From the sequence record SRR31156797_11191: DNA of 48,300 nt. One strand, given 5' to 3'. The translations under genes and the position numbers were made by a program. The notes under the pieces were generated by a model. The model searched no databases, was not told where the DNA came from, and was given only the letters and a program-made list of their open reading frames with translations. Numbering within the stretch: position 1 is the stretch's first letter; each line of letters starts with the position of its first letter. Positions 9,052 to 18,636 of this stretch are shown in pieces.

Positions 9052-10623
9052 ATGAGTCCCAAACTGAGTCCTTTTGAACTTAAAGACACATTGATCGAAC
9101 TAGCCGGAAAAGCCAAGAATCACATGATGCTCAACGCAGGACGTGGCAACCCCAACTTCCTCGCTATCCAGCCACGCCACGCCTTCATTCGCATGGGCGA
9201 ATTCGCCCTGGAAGAATCCAGCCGTTCCTACGCATATCTTTATGGCGGATTCGGCGGCGCGAGCGACAAAAAACACATCGGTGCACGGTTTAGCGAATTT
9301 CTCATTCGCAATGAAGACAAAAAAGGCACCCATCTCCTGCGCGCCGCTTTCTCATACATGAGGGATCAACTCGGTCTTGATTACGACGACGTGGTCTTCG
9401 AATTCTGCGAAGCCTATCTCGGTTGCAACTACCCGGTTCCGCCACGGATGCTCACCTCTATGGAAAAAGTCGTGCGCGAATATCTGGTCAAGGAGATGTA
9501 CGGAGGCAAAGCTGCCTTGAATGAATTCGACATCTTCGCCACCGAAGGCGGCACTGCTGCCATGACCTATATTTTCCAATCCCTGAAACGCAACCGCCTC
9601 CTTGCTGCCAAGGACAAGGTTGCTATTGTCACGCCGATCTTCACTCCATATCTGGAAATCCCGGTCCTGCCCGAATACGGACTGGAAGTCCTGACTCTTG
9701 AGGTTGAAGAAGAACTGGGATGGCAGTTGAGCGAAAAAGCAATCAAGCAGTTGGAAGACCCGGCCATCAAGGTTTTATACGTGGTCAACCCGTCCAATCC
9801 GCCGTCCGTGAAAATGAGTTCCAGCGTTCTTGAATCCGTCGCCAAACTGATCAAGGAAAAGCGTCAGGACCTCATGGTCATCACCGACGACGTATACGGC
9901 ACCTTTGCCGACGACTTCCTGTCACTGGCCGCCATGGTCCCGGAAAACACATTGCTCGTGTATTCCTTCTCCAAATACTTCGGTGCGACCGGCTGGCGTC
10001 TCGGAGCCATCGCTCTTGCGGAAAACAATATCTTCGACGAAAAGCTCGCAGCTCTCGGCAATGCTGACAAGGCAGTGCTGGCCGAACGGTATAGTTCGCT
10101 CACGGACGATGTCCCCGGCCTGAAATTCATCGACCGCATGGTGGCAGACTCCCGCGCCGTGGCATTGAACCACACTTCCGGCATCTCCCTGCCCCAACAA
10201 TTGCAGATGGCTTTCTTTGCCCTGTTCGCATTGGTGGACGGCCACGACGAGTACAAACAGGCCACCAAGAACCTCATTCGCCGTCGTTACGACCGCTTGA
10301 TGGGCAGCATCGGTGTTGAGACTGAAAAAGACGAAAACAGCGTTGAATACTACACCCTGCTGGATTTGCAGGTACTCGGTGAATACTTCTATTCCAAGGA
10401 GTTCGGCCAGTGGGTCGTGGATAACAATCAGGACATGGAATTCCTGTTCACCATCGCCAGAGAATGCGGCATTGTCATGCTACCCGGTAACGGATTCGAT
10501 GACTCTCACCCTTCGGCCCGAGTCTCTTTGGCTAACCTCACGGAATGGGAATACGAAACCATCGGCAAAATGACACGTCAGGTACTTGATGAAATGTATC
10601 AGACGTACAGTTCCAAAAAATAA
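9052..10623 (+). CDS. aspD: L-aspartate 4(beta)-decarboxylase, PLP-dependent
   Basis: LSPFELKD, LNAGRGNPNF, EGGTAAM, VNPSNP, DDVYGTF, YSFSKYFGATGWRLG (PLP Lys), RVSLANL. Confidence 0.95.
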   Translation: MSPKLSPFELKDTLIELAGKAKNHMMLNAGRGNPNFLAIQPRHAFIRMGEFALEESSRSYAYLYGGFGGASDKKHIGARFSEFLIRNEDKKGTHLLRAAFSYMRDQLGLDYDDVVFEFCEAYLGCNYPVPPRMLTSMEKVVREYLVKEMYGGKAALNEFDIFATEGGTAAMTYIFQSLKRNRLLAAKDKVAIVTPIFTPYLEIPVLPEYGLEVLTLEVEEELGWQLSEKAIKQLEDPAIKVLYVVNPSNPPSVKMSSSVLESVAKLIKEKRQDLMVITDDVYGTFADDFLSLAAMVPENTLLVYSFSKYFGATGWRLGAIALAENNIFDEKLAALGNADKAVLAERYSSLTDDVPGLKFIDRMVADSRAVALNHTSGISLPQQLQMAFFALFALVDGHDEYKQATKNLIRRRYDRLMGSIGVETEKDENSVEYYTLLDLQVLGEYFYSKEFGQWVVDNNQDMEFLFTIARECGIVMLPGNGFDDSHPSARVSLANLTEWEYETIGKMTRQVLDEMYQTYSSKK

Positions 10624-10642
10624 TTTATTCCGCCAAAAGGTC

Positions 10643-10678
10643 AACGGGCTACAGTGACAGCTGTAGTCCGTTTTTTTT
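10643..10678 (+). terminator. Intrinsic terminator after aspTD
   Basis: AACGGGCTACAG-tgacag-CTGTAGTCCGTT plus T run. Confidence 0.8.
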
Positions 10679-10783
10679 AAGGGATATTTCGGCCTCCAAC
10701 AGCACTTAATTCAACGCCGTCTGTTTACAGAAGATTCTCCGTATTGTATCTCGGCTAGAACTCGTACCGAGGAGCAAGACAGA

Positions 10784-11770
10784 ATGTATTCCAAAGACGC
10801 AAACCCGGAAAGAACCGTTACAGACCTTTCATACAGCTTGATCACATCAGGTTATTCCACCACAGGCGTCGCCAATATTGTTCTGAATTACGCCAAAAAA
10901 ATCACGGATAGCACTATTGGCTACGCGTCGGTTATTGATCCGCTCACCCGAAACAATATCTGTCATACACTCACGGGCATGATCGGCGATTCTTGTGAAA
11001 TCCCTCCCAGCAAAACCGGCATTGTTTTCCCGGTCGGAACAACCGGTGAATATCCAACCCTCTGGGGTCACGCGCTCAACACACGTACCCCTTTTTACAG
11101 CAACACCCCACACACGCATCCCGCCTCAACCGGGTTACCGTCCAACCACGTAACCATCGAACGTTTTCTCTCCGTCCCTGTCATGCTGAAAGACGACCTT
11201 TGCGGACAGATCAGTCTGGCAAACGCAACCCGTGAATATGATGATGACGATCTGGAAATCGTTTCACAAATAGCCCTGCTTTTCGCACACGCCCTGCAAC
11301 GCTTCCTGCTGGAAGACTCTCCCACTTTGAATATTCCGACGGAACAGCCCCTTGTTCAAAAAGAAACACCTTTCAAAAATACGGACACGGTAGAGGAACG
11401 GCCCCATAACATTCAAACGACCATCAAAAACAATCTCAAGCGGCTGACCACCCCGTACATAGAACAATTGATGCAGACCGAGCTGACCAGCACCCAACAA
11501 TTTCTACTCGAAAAACTTCAGGAAAATCTGGAAGGATGTGCATCGTCGCTCCTTTCTCATACACGGCTCCTAAATGTCACGTTCACGCCTCAAGAATTTC
11601 AAGTCGCGGTACTGATCAAGTCCGGTCTGAAAACTAAAGAGATATCCGACCAACTCGATATCTCCATCAATGCCATCAACTTCCACCGCAAAAACATCCG
11701 CAAAAAGTTGTCCATCAGCAACAAACAGGTCAACCTGCAAACCTACCTGCTTTCCCTCGAAGAATGGTAG
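10784..11770 (+). CDS. GAF-domain sensor with C-terminal LuxR-type HTH transcriptional regulator
   Basis: GAF motifs (LWGHALN, RFLSVPV, GQISLAN..REY); FTPQEFQVA..G.KTKEISDQL.IS..AINFHRKNIRKKL. Confidence 0.85.
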   Translation: MYSKDANPERTVTDLSYSLITSGYSTTGVANIVLNYAKKITDSTIGYASVIDPLTRNNICHTLTGMIGDSCEIPPSKTGIVFPVGTTGEYPTLWGHALNTRTPFYSNTPHTHPASTGLPSNHVTIERFLSVPVMLKDDLCGQISLANATREYDDDDLEIVSQIALLFAHALQRFLLEDSPTLNIPTEQPLVQKETPFKNTDTVEERPHNIQTTIKNNLKRLTTPYIEQLMQTELTSTQQFLLEKLQENLEGCASSLLSHTRLLNVTFTPQEFQVAVLIKSGLKTKEISDQLDISINAINFHRKNIRKKLSISNKQVNLQTYLLSLEEW

Positions 11771-11875
11771 GAGGAGACTACCAATCAACTCCTATTCATT
11801 CCCATTGTTCTCCCCCTAATACTCTCTATACTTCAGCATATCGAAGACTCACACTAACTTGATAGGAGTTGTGGT

Positions 11876-14596
11876 ATGCTAAGTAAAACCCTGATTGTAA
11901 ACGGGATTGCCAGAGACATCGTTGCTGACGGAGAGACGACACTTGCTGATATCCTGCGCAAAAATCTGTCCCTGACCGGCACCAAAGTAGGTTGTGACAC
12001 AGGCCATTGCGGAGCGTGCAGTGTCATCGTTGACACCAAGCTCATCCGTTCCTGCTCATACAAGTTCAAGCGGCTCAAACAGCACGCCACAATCACCACC
12101 ATCGAGGGTGTCGGCACACCGGACAACCTGCACCCCTTGCAACTCGCCTGGATTCTCCACGGCGGTGCCCAGTGTGGATTCTGTACCCCCGGTTTCATCG
12201 TCTCAGCCAAAGCACTTTTGGACCTGAACCCCAACCCGACCCGCGAAGACGTCCGCGACTGGTTTCAAAAACACAAAAATGCCTGCCGTTGTACGGGCTA
12301 CAAGCAACTCACCGATTCTGTCATGGACGCGGCAGCCGTCATGCGCGGAGACAAGGACATCAAAGCCCTGTCATGGGAGATGCCCGAAGACCAGCGTATT
12401 TGGGGAACCCGATATCCCAAGCCGTCTGCCGTGGCCAGAGTCACTGGCATGACCGATTTTGGTGCGGACAAGATTCTCAAGATGCCTGAAGATACCTTGC
12501 ATATGGCACTGGTTCAGGCAGAAGTCTCTCACGCAAACATCATCTCCATCGACACCGCTGAAGCTGAAAAGATGGAAGGCGTGTTCAAGGTTGTCACGCA
12601 TAAAGATGTACCGGGCAAAAATCGCATCACCGGATTGATCACTTTCCCCACCAACAAGGGAGACGGTTGGGATCGCCCCATCCTCTGTGACGAAAAAATC
12701 TTTCAGTATGGCGATGCTCTTGCCATTGTCTGCGCAGACACAGAAGCGCATGCAAAAGCCGCAGTCTCCAAAGTCAAGGTCGAGCTTGAACAACTGCCGG
12801 AATACATGAACGCACCGGCAGCCATGGACGATAATGCCATGGAGATTCACCCCGGCACACCGAATATCTATTTTGAACAGACTGTCAAAAAGGGTGAAAG
12901 CACTGAAGCCATCTTCCAAAAGGCTCCGGTCGTGGTTGAAGACGATTTCTACACTCAACGTCAGCCCCACATGCCCATTGAGCCAGATGTCGGGTTTGCT
13001 TACTTTGATGACGAAGAACGTCTGGTTGTCCATTCCAAATCCGTTGGCCTCTACCTGCATCACGCCATGGTTGCCCCCGGTATTGGTATCGAGCCAGACA
13101 AACTCGTCTTGGTGCAAAACCCCGCTGGCGGCACTTTCGGATACAAATTCAACCCGACCATGGAAGCACTGCTCGGTGTCGCGGCACTGGCAACGAAACG
13201 GCCCGTGGCTCTCTGCTATAGTTATGTGCAGCAACAGATTTATACAGGCAAACGCTCCCCTTGGTTCTCCCATCTCAAATTGGCCGCAGACACGTCTGGC
13301 AAACTCCTCGCCATGGATAGCGACTGGACTGTAGATCATGGTCCATACTCGGAATTTGGAGATCTGTTGACCCTGCGAGGCGCTCAGTTCATCGGTTCGG
13401 GCTACAACATTCCCAGCATCAACGGCATTGGCCGCTGTGTTGCCACCAACCACGCCTGGGGTGCCGCCTTCCGTGGTTTCGGTGCCCCCGAAGGGGAATT
13501 CGGTTCTGAAGTGCTCATGGATGAGCTGGCTGAAAAGCTTGGCATGGACCCACTCGAACTACGCTACGCCAACGTCTATAGAAAAGGGTCCACAACCCCC
13601 ACAGGCCAAGAACCGGAAGTCTATTCTCTGCCAGAGATGATCGACATCCTGCGCCCGATATACAAGGAAGCACAAACAAAAGCGGCGGACAACTCCACTG
13701 ACACAGTAAAGCGGGGCGTCGGCGTTTCCATCGGCATCATCTGCGCAGGACTGGACGGCCCGGACCATGGTTCTGCGGACATCGAATTGAACGAAGACAA
13801 CACCGTCACCCTGTACACGACGTGGGAAGATCATGGACAAGGCGCAGATAGCGGCACGACATGCACGGCACACGAAGCTTTACGGCCGCTCAAACTCATG
13901 CCGGAAGACATCCGTCTCGTTTTGAACGACACAGGACGTTGTCCTGACGGAGGTCCCGCCGGCGGCAGTCGTTCGCAGGTCATTGTCGGAAACGCAATCG
14001 TCGATGCATGTAAAAAACTGTTGGCAGGCCTGAAGACTGACGACGGAACTTTCCGCACCTATGACCAAATGGTGGAGGAAGACCTTCCTCTTCGATACAG
14101 CGGTTCATGGACCGCTCCAGCCGAAGCCTGCGGCCTTGACGGGCAGGGAAATCCCTTTGTCTTCTATATGTATGGTCTGTTCATGGCCGAAGTGGCCGTC
14201 ACATTGGAGACTGGCGTCACGGAAGTTGAAAAGATGACGCTAGTCGCAGACATCGGCACCGTGGGTAACAAGCTCATCGTCGATGGTCAGATGTACGGTG
14301 GCATTGCCCAAGGCATCGGCATGGCCCTGTTCGAAGACTTCGAGGACATCAAGAAGCACTCGACCATGCTCGGAGCTGGTTTCCCCTACATCAAACAAAT
14401 CCCGGACGATATGGACCTGATCTACGTGGAAACGCCTCGCAAAGAAGGACCTTTCGGCGCATCTGGCGTAGGGGAACTTCCTCTGACCACGCCTCACGCC
14501 GCGGTCATCAACGCCATCACTCAGGCATGTGGTGTCCGCATCACCAAACTTCCAGCCCGGCCTGAAAAAGTCCTTGCCGCATTGAAGAATCAATAA
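11876..14596 (+). CDS. mop: Molybdopterin-dependent aldehyde oxidoreductase (Mop/xanthine oxidase family)
   Basis: 2x[2Fe-2S] motifs (GCDTGHCGAC, QCGFCTPG, CRCTGY), GGTFGYKF, AFRGFG, GGSRS, SGVGELP; 906 aa. Confidence 0.93.
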   Translation: MLSKTLIVNGIARDIVADGETTLADILRKNLSLTGTKVGCDTGHCGACSVIVDTKLIRSCSYKFKRLKQHATITTIEGVGTPDNLHPLQLAWILHGGAQCGFCTPGFIVSAKALLDLNPNPTREDVRDWFQKHKNACRCTGYKQLTDSVMDAAAVMRGDKDIKALSWEMPEDQRIWGTRYPKPSAVARVTGMTDFGADKILKMPEDTLHMALVQAEVSHANIISIDTAEAEKMEGVFKVVTHKDVPGKNRITGLITFPTNKGDGWDRPILCDEKIFQYGDALAIVCADTEAHAKAAVSKVKVELEQLPEYMNAPAAMDDNAMEIHPGTPNIYFEQTVKKGESTEAIFQKAPVVVEDDFYTQRQPHMPIEPDVGFAYFDDEERLVVHSKSVGLYLHHAMVAPGIGIEPDKLVLVQNPAGGTFGYKFNPTMEALLGVAALATKRPVALCYSYVQQQIYTGKRSPWFSHLKLAADTSGKLLAMDSDWTVDHGPYSEFGDLLTLRGAQFIGSGYNIPSINGIGRCVATNHAWGAAFRGFGAPEGEFGSEVLMDELAEKLGMDPLELRYANVYRKGSTTPTGQEPEVYSLPEMIDILRPIYKEAQTKAADNSTDTVKRGVGVSIGIICAGLDGPDHGSADIELNEDNTVTLYTTWEDHGQGADSGTTCTAHEALRPLKLMPEDIRLVLNDTGRCPDGGPAGGSRSQVIVGNAIVDACKKLLAGLKTDDGTFRTYDQMVEEDLPLRYSGSWTAPAEACGLDGQGNPFVFYMYGLFMAEVAVTLETGVTEVEKMTLVADIGTVGNKLIVDGQMYGGIAQGIGMALFEDFEDIKKHSTMLGAGFPYIKQIPDDMDLIYVETPRKEGPFGASGVGELPLTTPHAAVINAITQACGVRITKLPARPEKVLAALKNQ

Positions 14597-14664
14597 GCAT
14601 CACTGCCAACAGGGAGGGGTATCAGCAAAGCCCCTCCCTCCATAAAACACGAGGTTATTGACTC

Positions 14665-15681
14665 ATGAAAACTGTTCCTGTTCAAAAAGCCATCGGCATG
14701 GTCCTATGTCATGACATGACACAAATTATACCCGGTGAAATCAAGGGACCAGCTTTCAAAAAAGGCCATGTCATTGCCGAAGAAGACATCTCCAAACTTT
14801 TGGAGATCGGCAAAGAACACATCTATGTGCTCAACATGGAAAAAGGACGCATCCACGAAAACGAAGCAGCTGAACGCATTGCCAAAGCAGCAACCGGACC
14901 GGGGATCACTCTTTCAAATGTCAGCGAAGGAAGGATAAACTTCATCGCTTCACCCGGTCTGCTCGATATCAACACCGAAGCCCTAAACCGCATCAACTCC
15001 ATTGAAGAAGTTGTTCTTGCTACCATGCACGATGGTCAGCAGGTCACGGAATCACATCCCGTTGCCGGAACACGAGTGGTCCCGCTGGTCATTGATGAAA
15101 AGAAAATAGAACAGGTTGAAGCGATCTGTGCCGAGTACCCATATGTGGTCGGTATTCGTCCATTCCAACATCACAACGTGGGACTGGTGACGACAGGGAG
15201 CGAAGTCTATCACGGGCGCATTACGGACAAATTCGGTCCAGTCATCCGAAAAAAATTTTCCACACTCGGCTCCTCAGTCATGGACCAGCGTCTGACCTCG
15301 GACGATCCAGCCATGACCCGTGACGCCATTCTCGCTTTCATTGCCGAAGGCGCTGAAATGGTCGTGGTAACTGGTGGCATGTCCGTGGACCCGGATGACC
15401 AGACACCTACAGCCATTCGAGCAACAGGAGCCGATGTCGTCACATACGGCTCCCCAACATTCCCCGGCGTCATGTTCATGCTGGCAATCAGGGACGGCGT
15501 ACCCATTCTGGGATTGCCCGGATGTGTCATGTATTACCGGGCATCCATTTTCGATCTCGTAGTCCCTCGTCTTCTGGCCGGAGAACATGTCACGCGGGAA
15601 ACAATCGTCGGCATGGGGCACGGCGGCTTCTGCGCAGGCTGTGACGTTTGCCGTTATCCAACTTGTCCCTTTGGCAAATAA
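14665..15681 (+). CDS. Molybdopterin-binding (MoeA-like) protein
   Basis: GMVLCHDMT, TTGSEV, TGGMSVDPDD, YGSPTFPG, GLPGC, C-terminal CAGCDVCRYPTCPFGK. Confidence 0.88.
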   Translation: MKTVPVQKAIGMVLCHDMTQIIPGEIKGPAFKKGHVIAEEDISKLLEIGKEHIYVLNMEKGRIHENEAAERIAKAATGPGITLSNVSEGRINFIASPGLLDINTEALNRINSIEEVVLATMHDGQQVTESHPVAGTRVVPLVIDEKKIEQVEAICAEYPYVVGIRPFQHHNVGLVTTGSEVYHGRITDKFGPVIRKKFSTLGSSVMDQRLTSDDPAMTRDAILAFIAEGAEMVVVTGGMSVDPDDQTPTAIRATGADVVTYGSPTFPGVMFMLAIRDGVPILGLPGCVMYYRASIFDLVVPRLLAGEHVTRETIVGMGHGGFCAGCDVCRYPTCPFGK

Positions 15682-15713
15682 CATTAAACTTGTGCTCTTC
15701 CCTGAAACAAAAA

Positions 15714-15746
15714 AAGGCCGACCAACAAGTATAGTTGGTCGGCCTT
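15714..15746. terminator. Terminator hairpin between convergent operons
   Basis: AAGGCCGACCAAC-aagtata-GTTGGTCGGCCTT preceded by an A run (T tail on the minus strand). Confidence 0.8.
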
Positions 15747-15762
15747 ATGAATTTGATATGTA

Positions 15763-16317
15763 TTAAGCGTTTTTGACGTAAAGAATGGACTGGGTACTCA
15801 TTTTCTTGATCACCTGCTTGCCTTTGGCCTCAGCTTGCATCAGAAGAATTTCCTTTTCGCCGAAACTGAGTGCTCCTGTCAGACAGACATCAACACAAAC
15901 CGGATCCAGACCGTGAGTCACGCGGTCATAACAGAGATTGCACTTGTGTGCGTAATTCTCTTCCTTATTGAACTGAATGACATTGTACGGACACTTGTCG
16001 ATGCACTCGCCGCAACCAGTACACTTCTCTGTGTCGATAAGCACGATACCGGTCTGTGGGTCCTTGGATATAGCATCGTATTCACATGCCTTGGCACACG
16101 GGTACTTCTTGCAGTGCTGGCACATGACGACCCAATAGTCTTCACGCAATTCAGGATAGGTTCCTTCCAATTTACTTTCTACCCGAAGATAATTTGCCAT
16201 GGCTCCGGGTTGATCATTCTCGTGGTCGATTATTTCGTGATGATTCCGGCAAGCCACGATGCAGGTCTTGCAACCGATGCAGCGGTCCAGATCCACCATA
16301 ATGCTGAGTTGTCTCAT
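15763..16317 (-). CDS. 4x[4Fe-4S] electron-transfer subunit (DmsB/PsrB/NrfC-like)
   Basis: CIGCKTCIVAC, CQHCKKYPCAKAC, CTGCGECIDKCP, KCNLC...PVCVDVC. Confidence 0.92.
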   Translation of the reverse strand: MRQLSIMVDLDRCIGCKTCIVACRNHHEIIDHENDQPGAMANYLRVESKLEGTYPELREDYWVVMCQHCKKYPCAKACEYDAISKDPQTGIVLIDTEKCTGCGECIDKCPYNVIQFNKEENYAHKCNLCYDRVTHGLDPVCVDVCLTGALSFGEKEILLMQAEAKGKQVIKKMSTQSILYVKNA

Positions 16318-16329
16318 TTCACACCCCTC

Positions 16330-18465
16330 TTATTTGTATATCTTGACTCGAGTCGAGACATGCGCCTCGCCGCCGCGCATATCCTGTTCGTCCAACGTGG
16401 AACCGGCATCGGCAATCAATTCATTGTCGCCTATCCACTTGCCGCGAGATGCCACCTTGCCCATGGTCTGACCAAATCCGTGAATGATGCCCGCGCAACC
16501 GGGAATAATCTTTTCAGTCAACATGACAGGGACCTCAACAGAACCTGTACCTGATGCCATGGTCACGGTATCGCCATCAGAAATACCGAGTTTTTTCGCA
16601 TCAAGAGGATTCAGGAGACAGGGGTTGGCGTCGAGACCGGATACGGGGTCACGAAGCTGTGCGTTATTCTGGGACCATGCGCCGGTATTGTTCAGGAAAA
16701 TGGTCCTAAAATTAACAAGAATGAATGGGAACTCATCTTCACCACGACGATATTCCAGCGGCAGTTTGGGACTGGGCCACTTCTGGTCAATGTCCTCGTA
16801 CATCTGCCATTCCAACTCGATCTTGCCGGATGGTGTATTGAATTTTCCGTTATCTTCATATTTACGAAAACCAACAGCTCCCGGCGACCAAAGACCACCG
16901 TTCTCTTGGAGTGTCTTGACGGACATACCCACACCGGACAATTCGATGTCGTAATATTCTACATCGTCCTTAAACGCGAAGTACTCGGGGAACATGCGCT
17001 GACCAAGCTCAATGAACACACGGTTGGCATGTCTGGACTCACCGATGGGATCAACAACTGGCTGACACAGCGCCGCACAATGACCAAAGTTGTACCACCA
17101 CGGCATGTAGAGTAATTCCCACCGCTCAAAGTTGGTCTGATCAGGCAGAACGAGGTCGGCCCATTTCATGGTTTCCGACGGCATAATCTCGGTCACGACA
17201 AGCAGTTCCAGCTTGTAGTCGCCATTCTCGTCCTTCATGGTCACGGCCTTACGCCATTCGCCTGACCCCATTTCGGACAGAGCCGGGTTGCACTCCGAGG
17301 CAAAGAAGACCTTGAGGGTGTCGTCCTTGATGGCCTGTGCCGCATACCACGTCGGTTGCAGGAAGAAGTTGTAATTATCAAATTTTTCCCTGTTATTACC
17401 TGACCGATGATAGCCAAGCTCTGTAACATCAGGTGCCGGAGGAACGGGTTCAACCGCTGCCATGGGTGCGATGTCTGGCAAGGGCTGCCCCCCTGGGTTG
17501 TCCAGATTGCCGGTAATGACAAGGAAGATGGACCAAGCGTGTCCCCAATCCATGGCGTTCCCGTACATGATGGATTTGAACGCGTCGATACAGGCACTGG
17601 GAGCCTCGGCAACCATCTTGGCGAGCTTGATGATATCCTCGGCCGGGACATCACAAATCTTGCTCATGGCTTCCGGTGTCTTGTCCTTGATGTATGCCAT
17701 CAGGCCGTCCATGTCGCCTTCACGAACCCACTTGTCACAGAACTTCTTATCATGCAGATCATTCAGCAACAGGTAGTTGCAAACTCCCAAAAACAGCGAT
17801 GCGTCTCCACCGGGCTTAATGGGAATCCACCAATCCGCCTTGGATGCTTCCGTACGATAAATGGGATCGATAACAATGAGTTTTGCCCCGCGCTCCTTTG
17901 CGTCGAGAATATAACTAGGTACTGCGGCATCATCCAGACAACCGAACGGATGACGACCGGACAGAATCATCAGGCCGCCCTTGGGCACCGTGTGATACAT
18001 GGGGGCGATGTGATGATTGGGAAAACAACCGAACGTATGCATCATGGCCATGATCTTTCCCGAATCGCAATGAGGCAGGCCGGTCGAGATGAAGCCTCCG
18101 GCAGCATTGACAAAACGCCACTTCGGATCGGTCACGGAATGTGGAAACATGGAATAGGTAAATTTGTGGGCCTCACCGCGATCACGCAGTTCGGTCAACT
18201 TTGTTTCCATGATGTCCATGGCTTCTTCCCAAGTAATGCGCTCGAACTTTCCACTGCCACGCTCCCCTACACGCTTCATGGGATGCTTGAGACGCTCGGA
18301 CGAATACAACGAAGTGATGCCAGCCATCCCTTTGACGCAGGCCTTGCCGCGTCCGCGAGGATTTCCCTTCACTTCCTTGACGACACCATTCTCTACACGC
18401 GCCAAAATGGCACATTCAGCTTTACACTGATAGCAGACAGTTGGAATCCACCCATCTTGATACAT
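16330..18465 (-). CDS. Mo/W-bisPGD (DMSO reductase superfamily) oxidoreductase catalytic subunit, no Tat signal; substrate unknown
   Basis: CYQCKAEC...CVKG Fe-S, RLKHPMKRVGERG, IDP...ADWWIPIKPGGD, SETMKWADLVLP, FNTPSGKIEL, LNPLDAKKLGI. Confidence 0.9.
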   Translation of the reverse strand: MYQDGWIPTVCYQCKAECAILARVENGVVKEVKGNPRGRGKACVKGMAGITSLYSSERLKHPMKRVGERGSGKFERITWEEAMDIMETKLTELRDRGEAHKFTYSMFPHSVTDPKWRFVNAAGGFISTGLPHCDSGKIMAMMHTFGCFPNHHIAPMYHTVPKGGLMILSGRHPFGCLDDAAVPSYILDAKERGAKLIVIDPIYRTEASKADWWIPIKPGGDASLFLGVCNYLLLNDLHDKKFCDKWVREGDMDGLMAYIKDKTPEAMSKICDVPAEDIIKLAKMVAEAPSACIDAFKSIMYGNAMDWGHAWSIFLVITGNLDNPGGQPLPDIAPMAAVEPVPPAPDVTELGYHRSGNNREKFDNYNFFLQPTWYAAQAIKDDTLKVFFASECNPALSEMGSGEWRKAVTMKDENGDYKLELLVVTEIMPSETMKWADLVLPDQTNFERWELLYMPWWYNFGHCAALCQPVVDPIGESRHANRVFIELGQRMFPEYFAFKDDVEYYDIELSGVGMSVKTLQENGGLWSPGAVGFRKYEDNGKFNTPSGKIELEWQMYEDIDQKWPSPKLPLEYRRGEDEFPFILVNFRTIFLNNTGAWSQNNAQLRDPVSGLDANPCLLNPLDAKKLGISDGDTVTMASGTGSVEVPVMLTEKIIPGCAGIIHGFGQTMGKVASRGKWIGDNELIADAGSTLDEQDMRGGEAHVSTRVKIYK

Positions 18466-18504
18466 AACGTTCTCCTGTTGTTATCGCAGAAAACACATTT
18501 TCAT

Positions 18505-18636
18505 TTACTTTTTATGACTATCTTCTTTAAAGCGGTATTTTTTTCTATACGCATTCCCGATGATCCAAATAAACGCCCATACAGCGATGAAGACGCCCCA
18601 GATCAACGGATTAAAAGGACTGTAATCGAAGTTCAT
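18505..18636 (-). CDS. Small single-TM protein, 43 aa (not in the ORF track): MNFDYSPFNPLIWGVFIAVWAFIWIIGNAYRKKYRFKEDSHKK
   Basis: AAGGAGG RBS; ATGA overlap with the FNT stop; hydrophobic helix followed by a basic tail. Confidence 0.75.
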   Translation of the reverse strand: MNFDYSPFNPLIWGVFIAVWAFIWIIGNAYRKKYRFKEDSHKK

